Source: a virus (taxonomy: Duplodnaviria > Caudoviricetes). From it: DNA of 32,795 nucleotides. A program made the translations under genes and the position numbers. This document shows, in pieces, positions 25,173 through 32,590 of this stretch. The first letter of the stretch is position 1. Each line of letters begins with the position of its first letter. The notes beneath the pieces were generated by a model. The model ran no database searches and was not told where the DNA came from. It saw only the letters and a list, made by a program, of their open reading frames with translations. The stretch is taken from positions 1-32,795 of the IMG/VR virus record IMGVR_UViG_3300032213_000678; one strand, 5' to 3'.

Positions 25173-25928
25173 TTAGCCCTGCTGGGATAATGCAACCTGC
25201 CGGTAGTATCCGAGCCCAGATGGTGGCTGTCTGCCTGTTTGCTGGTGCCAATGCATAGAATCCTGCAGGATCTGACGCCATTTCTCAATTGATAACTGTT
25301 TATCTGCTAACTCAGATGCAATTCTGGCATCTTGCTCATTTAGCACTCGATCAACTCCGCATATCGTCCTGCATGCATGTACAAACTCCCGACTATAGTC
25401 ATATGCCTTAACCTCATCACGTTCTTGTGCAACCTCCAGCTCTCTCACTTTACGCTTCCTCATTGGTTCCTCCATTGGTAATGTTGGCTCTGCAATTGGT
25501 TCATCTGTTACATACATGCTATCAACTTCTAGTTCATGGCCATTTCCAGCAATCGCTATCTGATCCTCTGCTGACAGTGATTTATCGTAGATCACTCTCC
25601 ATGTACATCCAGCAATGCCAGGTTTACCTGAGTAACTGTTACCGATCTTCTCAATGTACCCAGCTCTCGATAGGATCTTCATCTGCTTATTGATAGCTTG
25701 CCTGGTTACTCCCAGCTCTTGCGCTACTCTGCCTTGTGATACCCAGGTTATCCCGGCTCTGCTTGCAAATGAGCTGACCATCGCTAGTATGGTTCTGTTC
25801 CTGTCTGTGATCGTCTTGTCTGTCAGCGACCTGGTTGGGATCACAGCAAATGGAGTCTTTCTAGGTGGTGTTTGCTTTTTTCTAATACTCTTTGGTTTTG
25901 TCGGCAGTACAAACTTACTCATGCCCAT
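25173..25928 (-). CDS. HTH-domain replication initiator-like protein
   Basis: PFAVIP...L.D..., WVSQGRVAQELGVTRQAINKQM..L...GYIE winged-HTH typical of phage replication proteins. Confidence 0.7.
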   Translation of the reverse strand: MGMSKFVLPTKPKSIRKKQTPPRKTPFAVIPTRSLTDKTITDRNRTILAMVSSFASRAGITWVSQGRVAQELGVTRQAINKQMKILSRAGYIEKIGNSYSGKPGIAGCTWRVIYDKSLSAEDQIAIAGNGHELEVDSMYVTDEPIAEPTLPMEEPMRKRKVRELEVAQERDEVKAYDYSREFVHACRTICGVDRVLNEQDARIASELADKQLSIEKWRQILQDSMHWHQQTGRQPPSGLGYYRQVALSQQG

Positions 25929-26028
25929 ACCAATCCATGGATAGCAGCATGCCTATCATTACTCCCAGGATTGCACCTATGATTACACCAGCTAAGAAGA
26001 TACTTATGGACAATACTTGCACCATCAT
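25915..26028 (-). CDS. 37-aa single-TM peptide
   Basis: Not in the ORF track; AGGAG SD, ATGA overlap; MMVQVLSISIFLAGVIIGAILGVMIGMLLSMDWYGHE. Confidence 0.65.
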   Translation of the reverse strand: MMVQVLSISIFLAGVIIGAILGVMIGMLLSMDWYGHE

Positions 26029-26285
26029 CTGCTCCTGTTATACCTAGCCACCATCGCTGATCTGAGCTGTTTTCTGGCTGGCTTTCCGCGCTCTTTCTCA
26101 ACCAGCACCAAGTAATCCAGCTTGGTTACCTTTGGTTTCCTCGCCTTGTCCGGCAGCCGCATTGCATGCTGTATCTCACACTCATGCCGCCAGGCTTCCG
26201 AGTATGTGCAAGTCTCTTTGCCATCCACAGTTACCATCTTTGCTGGTAGATGATGGCCACTGCATAACTCGCAATTAATCTTCAT
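26025..26285 (-). CDS. Hypothetical protein with CxxC
   Basis: CELC...TYSEAWRHECE...YL..VEKERG; ATGA-coupled. Confidence 0.7.
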   Translation of the reverse strand: MKINCELCSGHHLPAKMVTVDGKETCTYSEAWRHECEIQHAMRLPDKARKPKVTKLDYLVLVEKERGKPARKQLRSAMVARYNRSR

Positions 26286-26497
26286 TTAACCCTGCCCAGC
26301 ACAGCTTTGGTTTCCTCTTCTGCAGTCTCTTTCTGCATATCCCTGCGAATCTTTTCAAACTTCCTGGCTAGATCCATCGCAGTGCCACCAGGCTTATACT
26401 TAAAGTCTGGGTTCCAAACACTGGCCAGCTGGTTCTTTGCCCTGCGCTTCCTGGGCTCCTCTTCCACCATCTGTGGCACTAGCTTCATATTATTCAT
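26282..26497 (-). CDS. Hypothetical protein
   Basis: GGAGAG SD; SVWNPDFKY motif; coupled to neighbours. Confidence 0.7.
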   Translation of the reverse strand: MNNMKLVPQMVEEEPRKRRAKNQLASVWNPDFKYKPGGTAMDLARKFEKIRRDMQKETAEEETKAVLGRVK

Positions 26498-26672
26498 TGC
26501 TCTCTCCTTTGATCGTTAACGCATCAGACAGCTCTGCTTCTGCCTGGTGATACGCATCACACAAACCTTTAGTCTTTCTATCCCAATACTTGCACCACAA
26601 TCCCTCAGAGTGAGCTACTGAATGCACGCAAGCCTGGCAGCTCTTCTGTCTTTGCAAGAAACGCAGATCCAT
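26490..26672 (-). CDS. Small four-Cys protein
   Basis: CQACVHS...WC...C; fills the gap in the operon. Confidence 0.55.
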   Translation of the reverse strand: MDLRFLQRQKSCQACVHSVAHSEGLWCKYWDRKTKGLCDAYHQAEAELSDALTIKGESNE

Positions 26673-26812
26673 CTCTGATTCCTCCCAGCGTTAAACGTAC
26701 AGAACTCACCACCTTTAATATCCTGCTTAGTCTGGCAGCTGGTGCAAAACCTATCACCTGTCGTATTACCACCAATCAGGAACTCTACCTTGTGCTGCTT
26801 TTTATGTACCAT
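26615..26812 (-). CDS. Zn-ribbon protein
   Basis: RFCTSC...RWICVSC. Confidence 0.7.
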   Translation of the reverse strand: MVHKKQHKVEFLIGGNTTGDRFCTSCQTKQDIKGGEFCTFNAGRNQRWICVSCKDRRAARLACIQ

Positions 26813-27138
26813 ATACTCAACTTCTGTCCAGTGTGTGGCCGCTTGCTGATCACCATCTGAACAGCACCTGCAGTTTGTAGTCTTTTGCAGATCTTAAATA
26901 TCTGCTCTGTTCCAATAGGATTGCCCTGCCGCAGCATCACCTCAAAGATATCAGGCGTAGACAGGTTCCCATGTTCCTCCAATATGGCCATGATCCTCTC
27001 ATCATGACGTTTCTTCTTGCCTTGCTGCTTGATGCTGGTATCCATGCCAAACTTAATCACTTGCCTGGTAGGTAGATTGTCCACCAGGCTTGTGCGCTTG
27101 CCTGAGATCTGATCAACAGTCCACAGCCAAGAAATCAT
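26785..27138 (-). CDS. Winged-helix-like DNA-binding protein
   Basis: I..IL..HG.LST.DI...I..I...L...G.V pattern; ATGA-coupled. Confidence 0.65.
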   Translation of the reverse strand: MISWLWTVDQISGKRTSLVDNLPTRQVIKFGMDTSIKQQGKKKRHDERIMAILEEHGNLSTPDIFEVMLRQGNPIGTEQIFKICKRLQTAGAVQMVISKRPHTGQKLSIWYIKSSTR

Positions 27139-27452
27139 AACTGATCTCTAACCATTGGTATGAAATCATCCAGCAGCAGCACAACGCGCCATGGTTGGCC
27201 ATTACGCCTGTAAGCCACCACTGGTATCTCACCAGGCTGTATGCACGCTTCCACCTGCTTGCACCAATCGTCAATAGTAATCCTCTCCCTGCGCTTGACC
27301 TCGATCCTGAACTTACCCACCTGGATATCATCCTCACCATCTCTGGCCTGGCCTAACTTGCGCTTGACCACAAAACCTAGCTTGTCGCTAAGTATCCCAG
27401 CCAGCTCACGCTCACCAACAGCGCCCTTTTTCCTAGCTCCCCTGCCGTTCAT
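27135..27452 (-). CDS. Hjc-like PD-(D/E)xK nuclease (putative Holliday junction resolvase)
   Basis: R.KG..GERE...L, DDI, IEVKR, P.V.YRRN..PW motifs. Confidence 0.8.
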   Translation of the reverse strand: MNGRGARKKGAVGERELAGILSDKLGFVVKRKLGQARDGEDDIQVGKFRIEVKRRERITIDDWCKQVEACIQPGEIPVVAYRRNGQPWRVVLLLDDFIPMVRDQL

Positions 27453-27634
27453 TGGTGAGCCGCAATCATCTTATCCAACAGCTCCGCAGTGCTGCTGTAG
27501 CGCCTCTGTAGCAGCTCCTTAATAGCTTCATCAATCAATGAAGCCCGGCTCCGGCACTGATCTGCTGCTGCCCGGTCTAGTAAACGCCTGGTATCAGGCC
27601 GCAATCTTACAAAAAATTTATTAAATTCCTGCAT
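27449..27634 (-). CDS. Ribbon-helix-helix (Arc/CopG-like) transcriptional regulator
   Basis: FFVRL beta strand, LLDRAA helix, SRASLIDEAI helix; GGAGGG SD; first gene of the leftward operon. Confidence 0.85.
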   Translation of the reverse strand: MQEFNKFFVRLRPDTRRLLDRAAADQCRSRASLIDEAIKELLQRRYSSTAELLDKMIAAHQ

Positions 27635-27646
27635 ATACCCTCCATA

Positions 27647-27743
27647 GATATCGCAACGATATCATTATTTTTAAAATATTTGCTTATTTTTGTTGACGCA
27701 GCCATTTATCTCTGTAGAATCGGGGTTGTTGAGATATCTCAAC
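27647..27743. promoter_or_regulatory. Divergent control region with a rightward promoter and GATATC-centred sites
   Basis: TTGACG(27693)-N16-TAGAAT(27720); GATATC-N5-GATATC (27647-27663); perfect palindrome GTTGAGATATCTCAAC (27728-27743). Confidence 0.7.
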
Positions 27744-27769
27744 CAATCTACCGACCAACAGGAGATCAT

Positions 27770-28414
27770 ATGAAATACGTTGCTTATTACAGAGTTTCTA
27801 CCGAACAGCAAGGCCGTTCAGGTCTTGGTCTTGAATCACAAAAGCAATTAGTCTCTGCCTACAACGACAGCATCATTGCTGAGTTCACCGAAATCGAATC
27901 AGGCAAAGTGGATAACCGTCCACAGTTGGAAGCAGCTCTTGAGCTCTGCCGCAAAACCGGTGCTGCTATCCTGATCGCCAAGATTGATCGCTTGTCGCGT
28001 GATGCAGCCTTTCTGTTGACACTGCGTAAAGCCGGTGTTGATATTGTTGCAGCAGATATGCCAAATGCTGGCACCCTGGAGTTTGGTGTGCGTGCAGTGG
28101 TTGCACAGTTTGAGCGTGAGCAGATCTCTAGCCGCACCAAATCAGCTCTGGCGGCCGCTAAAGCTCGCGGTGTAGTGTTGGGCTCACCAACCCCGGAGAT
28201 CGGCTCAGCAGCCGGTGTAGCAGCTCTCAAAGCCTCTGCAGATACCTTTGCACAGTCTCTAGCACCAATCCTGCGTGACTTGAAAGCAGCTGGTTACAGC
28301 AGTCTGCGTGCCATTGCAGCTGCACTAGCAGAGCGCAAGATCGAAACTCCCCGCGGCAACTACGTCTGGTCAGCCACCCAAGTATCTAATCTGATGAAAA
28401 GGATCCCAGCATGA
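27770..28414 (+). CDS. Serine recombinase (resolvase catalytic domain plus short recombinase-type DNA-binding domain)
   Basis: YYRVST catalytic Ser, ESG...RPQL, KIDRLSRD, ERE.IS.RTK.AL; AGGAG SD places the start at 27770 (214 aa). Confidence 0.93.
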   Translation: MKYVAYYRVSTEQQGRSGLGLESQKQLVSAYNDSIIAEFTEIESGKVDNRPQLEAALELCRKTGAAILIAKIDRLSRDAAFLLTLRKAGVDIVAADMPNAGTLEFGVRAVVAQFEREQISSRTKSALAAAKARGVVLGSPTPEIGSAAGVAALKASADTFAQSLAPILRDLKAAGYSSLRAIAAALAERKIETPRGNYVWSATQVSNLMKRIPA

Positions 28415-28491
28415 GCGATGACTTCTTTACCGGTTGCATGGTGGGCATTTCCATCATGCTTGCAATAATGTTATTGAAAGGATGGATTTAA
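28411..28491 (+). CDS. 26-aa hydrophobic peptide
   Basis: Not in the ORF track; ATGA and TAATG coupling on both sides; MSDDFFTGCMVGISIMLAIMLLKGWI. Confidence 0.6.
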   Translation: MSDDFFTGCMVGISIMLAIMLLKGWI

Positions 28492-28793
28492 TGAGAACAG
28501 GACAACAATTGAAACTAGAGATCCTGGATGATATCGAAGCCAGGCGCTCACAGTTCATCAGCATGGCACGCAACTTGGCTAGATCGATTAGCCGGGAACG
28601 TGGCCAGGTATCAATCAACGATATTCGGGAGAAACACCCGCTCCCAGATGATGTACACCCTTCCGCATACGGTGCAGTGTTTCGTGGACCACTGTGGAAG
28701 GTAATCGGGTATACCGCAGCAAAACACTCTGATGCCCATGGCCGGTTAATCAGAATTTATATATGGAATGAAGGAGATAATAATGGTTGGTAA
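28491..28793 (+). CDS. Hypothetical protein (winged-helix-like)
   Basis: G.V..NDIRE...HPSAYGAVFR...H.R....Y; TAATG start at 28491. Confidence 0.7.
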   Translation: MRTGQQLKLEILDDIEARRSQFISMARNLARSISRERGQVSINDIREKHPLPDDVHPSAYGAVFRGPLWKVIGYTAAKHSDAHGRLIRIYIWNEGDNNGW

Positions 28794-29742
28794 AGTCACC
28801 CCCGACAGCATGCTGTCAGCAAGCCGCTTGCCGGCAGTCCTTGGTCTATCCAAGTATCGCACCCCTAACGATGAGCTTTTGGTATCCATCGATGCCATGA
28901 ATGGCAAACAGCCCAAGGATATCTCTAATGAGGCTATGAGCTGGGGCAATACGCTAGAGCCTGTCATCTTAAATAAGACAGCCGAACGTCTGCAGCTCAC
29001 CGATCTGAAACTGGACCACCCAAAACCATTCTTTCACCCGACACTGCCGTTATGCTGCAGCCTGGATGGATTAGCAGATGGTCGAGGTCAGATCCTGCGC
29101 ACAGATCCTGATGCTGGCATCTTTGTTATTGGCCAGGAGTCTATTGAGCTCGATGGGTATGGAGTGCTGGAGGCCAAGCTAACTAGCGCACCACCAGAGG
29201 ATCTGCCCAGCTTAGCGCGTGGTCCTATCCAGCTCCAAGCTCAAATGGATATCATGGGATTTAAATGGGGAGCTCTGGCCACACTGTATCGCGGCACCGA
29301 GCTCAGAATATTCTTGTTTGCCCCACATCAAAACACTTTAGATACTATTAAGAAGATCACCCTGGATTTTCAAAACCGTTTAGAGATATGGAGATTTGAA
29401 AACAGGATTGATCACTTCCCGCTGGCCAACAGCAAAGACGCAGATACGCTGTGGCCAAACACAAACGCAGAGCAAGACGCATTAGAGCTCGATGATGCAG
29501 CTGCCGAGTACATGCGTGGAATACTTATTGCCAAAAAAAGTATTGAATCATACCAAGATAAAATTGACCAATATGAAACAGCATTGAAAGAGCTGCTTGG
29601 AGATCGAACCATAGGCAGAGCTGGTGGCCTTGAAGTTCGCTGGCCTATGCGCAACTACCAGGCACAGCCAGAAAAGATAACTCCAGCCAAGGATGCGTAC
29701 AGCAAGCGCATGAGTACAGTACAGATAAAGGAATTGAAATGA
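28783..29742 (+). CDS. YqaJ/lambda-exonuclease family 5'-3' exonuclease
   Basis: SAS.....G.S.Y.TP, WG..LEP, SLDG, LEAK, QLQAQM motifs; AAGGAG SD. Confidence 0.9.
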   Translation: MVGKVTPDSMLSASRLPAVLGLSKYRTPNDELLVSIDAMNGKQPKDISNEAMSWGNTLEPVILNKTAERLQLTDLKLDHPKPFFHPTLPLCCSLDGLADGRGQILRTDPDAGIFVIGQESIELDGYGVLEAKLTSAPPEDLPSLARGPIQLQAQMDIMGFKWGALATLYRGTELRIFLFAPHQNTLDTIKKITLDFQNRLEIWRFENRIDHFPLANSKDADTLWPNTNAEQDALELDDAAAEYMRGILIAKKSIESYQDKIDQYETALKELLGDRTIGRAGGLEVRWPMRNYQAQPEKITPAKDAYSKRMSTVQIKELK

Positions 29743-30464
29743 GCAAATACGCAGAGCTCCGCACTATCGACGTTAGTAAACTAGTCGAGAAAAAGAATAA
29801 CCTGACCTATCTGTCATGGGCATGGGCAGTAGATCAGCTGCTGCTTAACGATCCTGCAGCTGTCTGGGAATATCCAGAGCCTAAACTTTGGGGCGAAACA
29901 GTGATGATTTTTTGCACTGTCAGCGCCTTTGGTATATCACGCACAGCACAGCTGCCGGTGATGGATTACCGCAACCAGCCTATACCTAACCCGAATTCCT
30001 TCCAGGTAAACACTGCTATGCAGCGCTGCCTGGCTAAAGCAATCGCACTGCATGGAATTGGCCTGTACATCTATAACGGTGAGGATCTGCCACCATCAGA
30101 TCCACAGGCAGTCAGCAACCCGCTAGATGCATTGCCGGCAGCACCAGTAGAAACAGTAGAGCCGGTGGTTATTGTGGAGCACACCGATGAACCATGGAAC
30201 CTGATGGTGCCAACCATGAAGCTGCCTTACAGTACCTGGCCATCAGCATTGGAATGGGTAGTAGCGTTTGATGATCTGCAGGACGTTACAGTCAAGGCCA
30301 CCAAGCGCAAAGCATCAGAGCGCATGAAGATCCTGCGTGAGCTTAAAGAAAGCAATGCAGCCACACTTGATCGCATGGGTGAAGCATTGCGATTGCCACT
30401 GCTAGCCAGGTATCAACAGAGATTAACCAATCTGGCACCAGAAGCTATTAAGCATGGCCAGTAG
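29739..30464 (+). CDS. sak: Sak-family (DUF1071) single-strand annealing protein
   Basis: EKK..LTYLSWAWA, LPVMDYRN and N.AMQRCLAKAIALHGIGLYIY.GEDLP motifs; paired with the exonuclease. Confidence 0.9.
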   Translation: MSKYAELRTIDVSKLVEKKNNLTYLSWAWAVDQLLLNDPAAVWEYPEPKLWGETVMIFCTVSAFGISRTAQLPVMDYRNQPIPNPNSFQVNTAMQRCLAKAIALHGIGLYIYNGEDLPPSDPQAVSNPLDALPAAPVETVEPVVIVEHTDEPWNLMVPTMKLPYSTWPSALEWVVAFDDLQDVTVKATKRKASERMKILRELKESNAATLDRMGEALRLPLLARYQQRLTNLAPEAIKHGQ

Positions 30465-30465
30465 T

Positions 30466-30492
30466 AAAAAAGCCCAGGCATTACGCCTGGGC
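30466..30492 (-). terminator. Intrinsic terminator between the convergent lysis and recombination operons
   Basis: GCCCAGGC-GTAAT-GCCTGGGC followed by TTTTTT on the minus strand. Confidence 0.85.
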
Positions 30493-30519
30493 AAAGCCAC
30501 GAAGGATAGTGGCGCGAGA

Positions 30520-30990
30520 TTAGTTGACTAACGATTGGTACTGGGCGATGCACTGCCGGAGGCTGGCTCGGAGCTCTTCTGCTCTGGCAGCTTCCCGGAT
30601 AAGAAATTCTGCATTTGATCTATAAAGCTCGGATCCATCACAGCCTTTGCCGGTGGATCCAGAGCTGGCGGTTTCGGACACTCCACCTTGGTTGGTGGTG
30701 GGGCGATCCGGCCTGTCGCGCAGCCCGTTAGTAATACCAAGCAGCTTAGCATTAAGATTGCGTACCTCATGATCCTTCTCCCGCCTTAAATTGTCTGCTC
30801 CTGATTGTAGCTGTTGCTCTTTCTGCCTGGCCAGCTCCTGATCCTTGGCATGTTGAGCCATCTGCTGAGCACGTTCCTTATCCCAGGCTTGATGCACCTT
30901 GGCCTGGCCAGCAGAGTCACCTTGCCAATGGCCAGTAGCATACGCACCGACCACCGCAATCACTGTACCTAGTATGAAGTATGGATTCAT
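30520..30990 (-). CDS. Rz: i-spanin (Rz-like)
   Basis: N-terminal TM, periplasmic coiled coil, L..EAARA..L...L.QC..QY ending; contains a nested lipoprotein gene. Confidence 0.85.
   Translation of the reverse strand: MNPYFILGTVIAVVGAYATGHWQGDSAGQAKVHQAWDKERAQQMAQHAKDQELARQKEQQLQSGADNLRREKDHEVRNLNAKLLGITNGLRDRPDRPTTNQGGVSETASSGSTGKGCDGSELYRSNAEFLIREAARAEELRASLRQCIAQYQSLVN
30528..30770 (-). CDS. Rz1: o-spanin lipoprotein (Rz1-like), embedded in Rz
   Basis: MRYAILMLSCLVLLTGC lipobox, Pro-rich, second Cys; AAGGA SD. Confidence 0.85.
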   Translation of the reverse strand: MRYAILMLSCLVLLTGCATGRIAPPPTKVECPKPPALDPPAKAVMDPSFIDQMQNFLSGKLPEQKSSEPASGSASPSTNR

Positions 30991-31151
30991 TTAGGTGGTA
31001 CTTTAGTGCCTTCTAATTTCTTATGCACCTTAATTGTTTTGCAGACTTCCTTACCTTTTTCCTGGTGGCATACCTTCTTTAGCTCCCCACCTGCATAGCT
31101 ATTGGCACTAAACGCAGCTAATAGTACAAGTACACTGGCATTAAATCGCAT
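30987..31151 (-). CDS. 54-aa exported basic peptide with two Cys
   Basis: Not in the ORF track; MRFNASVLVLLAAFSANSYA signal peptide then GGELKKVCHQEKGKEVCKTIKVHKKLEGTKVPPK; GGAG SD, ATGA overlap with Rz. Confidence 0.75.
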   Translation of the reverse strand: MRFNASVLVLLAAFSANSYAGGELKKVCHQEKGKEVCKTIKVHKKLEGTKVPPK

Positions 31152-31152
31152 A

Positions 31153-31578
31153 TCAGATCTCCGGTTGTGGTGCTGGTGGTGGCGCTAACTTCCCGCCGAA
31201 TCCCTGAATAACAGGCGCTGATGATACTGGATCAATCTTTGGTTCTACGCGCTGAGCCGGTGCCATTGGTGCCGGCGGTGGTGTTGTCGGCGGTGTAGGC
31301 TTCATTGCTTCTTCACGCTCTTTAGGTGTAGACAATCCTGGTGGTACGAATTGATCCTTACCTTTCACTGCAATCAACGTGGCCAATGCACCCAAAATAT
31401 ATTTGCTCATATCAGACAACAGCAGAAAAAATTGTTTATCAGCTGGTGCAATATTTTGGAGCGGCTGCGTTACGAATACAACGCTATACATCGACAAGCC
31501 GGCCATCATGATCAGGATGATACAAAAACAAATGCCAATGATAAATTTTAACCAGGCATTTAGCTGTTCTTCATTCAT
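31153..31578 (-). CDS. Two-TM membrane protein, holin candidate
   Basis: Two hydrophobic segments and a Pro-rich tail; lies between endolysin and spanins. Confidence 0.65.
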   Translation of the reverse strand: MNEEQLNAWLKFIIGICFCIILIMMAGLSMYSVVFVTQPLQNIAPADKQFFLLLSDMSKYILGALATLIAVKGKDQFVPPGLSTPKEREEAMKPTPPTTPPPAPMAPAQRVEPKIDPVSSAPVIQGFGGKLAPPPAPQPEI

Positions 31579-31751
31579 TGTTTCACCTTCTCTGGTGGAG
31601 TCACATCATCAGGACAGGTCTGCGTGGCAGTGCATACCGGTGGTTTACACTGTGGTGTTTCCCAATTAGCTGGATCCTGGCATGGGTACCTAAACCCATC
31701 AGTGCAACCAGCCAGCGCCAGGCTAAGTAAGAATATGAAGCGCGTGCTCAT
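31575..31751 (-). CDS. Small Cys-rich lipoprotein
   Basis: MSTRFIFLLSLALAGC lipobox then FRYPCQDP.NW...QC.PP.C.....CP. Confidence 0.75.
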   Translation of the reverse strand: MSTRFIFLLSLALAGCTDGFRYPCQDPANWETPQCKPPVCTATQTCPDDVTPPEKVKQ

Positions 31752-32340
31752 AGTGTTTTTTCCTGTCATCTAGGCCAATGGTGCCACCGTTAATTTTTTT
31801 GGTCAGCGTAACAATATCACCGGCATCTGCCCACTGATTGAGTTTCCTGCTCTCCCAAAAAAAACAAGCAGATTGGCATGCACCCTCAAATGTTTGCATG
31901 TACTCATCAAGATCTGTCAGCGATGTTTCTATGCTGTCGGCAAACTCTTGCCATGTAGCACGACCAGTTAGCTGGATAAGACCTCTGCCAGAAAAACGAT
32001 ACCCATCACCACTAGACTCGTCACCATTACCCATCCTATTAGCGTAAATGCGATTAGCAATCGCTGCTTGTTTGTTTGGCTTAGAGCAATATTGCTGAGC
32101 AAGTTCATCTGTGTCAAAATATTTGGAAAAAAGTTTTCTGAGAGACATTGGTTTATAGTTCAAGTTTTCTTTAAGTACCATAAACTGTGCGGATTCATGA
32201 GAGCACTGAGCTATGAATGCAGCCATCCTGCGTGGAGTATTGATTTCGTAGTCAGGCAGCAGCTGTTCAAGCGCGTGGTGCCAGTAGCTAACGTGTTGGT
32301 TCTTGGGAAGGAGCTGCTTCAGCTGGTTCAGTGTTAGCAT
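31723..32340 (-). CDS. Endolysin, glycoside hydrolase family 19
   Basis: AAFIAQCSHES, ENLNY, YANRMGNG, DG.RF.GRGLIQLTG and INGG..GL.DR motifs. Confidence 0.93.
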   Translation of the reverse strand: MLTLNQLKQLLPKNQHVSYWHHALEQLLPDYEINTPRRMAAFIAQCSHESAQFMVLKENLNYKPMSLRKLFSKYFDTDELAQQYCSKPNKQAAIANRIYANRMGNGDESSGDGYRFSGRGLIQLTGRATWQEFADSIETSLTDLDEYMQTFEGACQSACFFWESRKLNQWADAGDIVTLTKKINGGTIGLDDRKKHYEHALHILT

Positions 32341-32590
32341 TTTTTTCCTCTAGTTCACGCATCATTAACTTGCGTATCCTACGCATTCTATCTACCTCAA
32401 CTATGGCTGCGTTGGTTGCGTTGTTTGCGTCCATGATTGCCAGCCCGACCAGTGGCAAGGCAATAGCAAGCGTTAAGACCATTGCAAGTAAGCATATTAG
32501 TAGTACCCAAGGGATGCTGTCTTGCTCGTCTTTATCAGTATCAGGACGCTGATTAGCCACAGCGTCACGAACAAAACCGCGCCAAACCAT
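32288..32590 (-). CDS. Single-TM membrane protein in the lysis cassette
   Basis: Long hydrophobic segment plus a charged helix; start uncertain (ATG 32590 or GTG 32560). Confidence 0.6.
   Translation of the reverse strand: MVWRGFVRDAVANQRPDTDKDEQDSIPWVLLICLLAMVLTLAIALPLVGLAIMDANNATNAAIVEVDRMRRIRKLMMRELEEKNANTEPAEAAPSQEPTR

Noticed and set aside
24704-25281. ORFs 24704-24901, 24927-25136 and 25033-25281
   Set aside because: No convincing SD or motifs, and they run through G-tracts and hairpins, so the region is better explained as non-coding
25919-26101. 60-aa ORF from the track
   Set aside because: A different frame (25915-26028) has an SD, ATGA coupling and a coherent TM peptide
15-27522. 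Numerous plus-strand ORFs antisense to the structural and early genes
   Set aside because: They are shadow frames of well-supported minus-strand genes and show no recognisable motifs
27635-30520. The plus-strand block as an invertible segment of the serine recombinase
   Set aside because: No inverted-repeat similarity between the left intergenic region and the right terminator region
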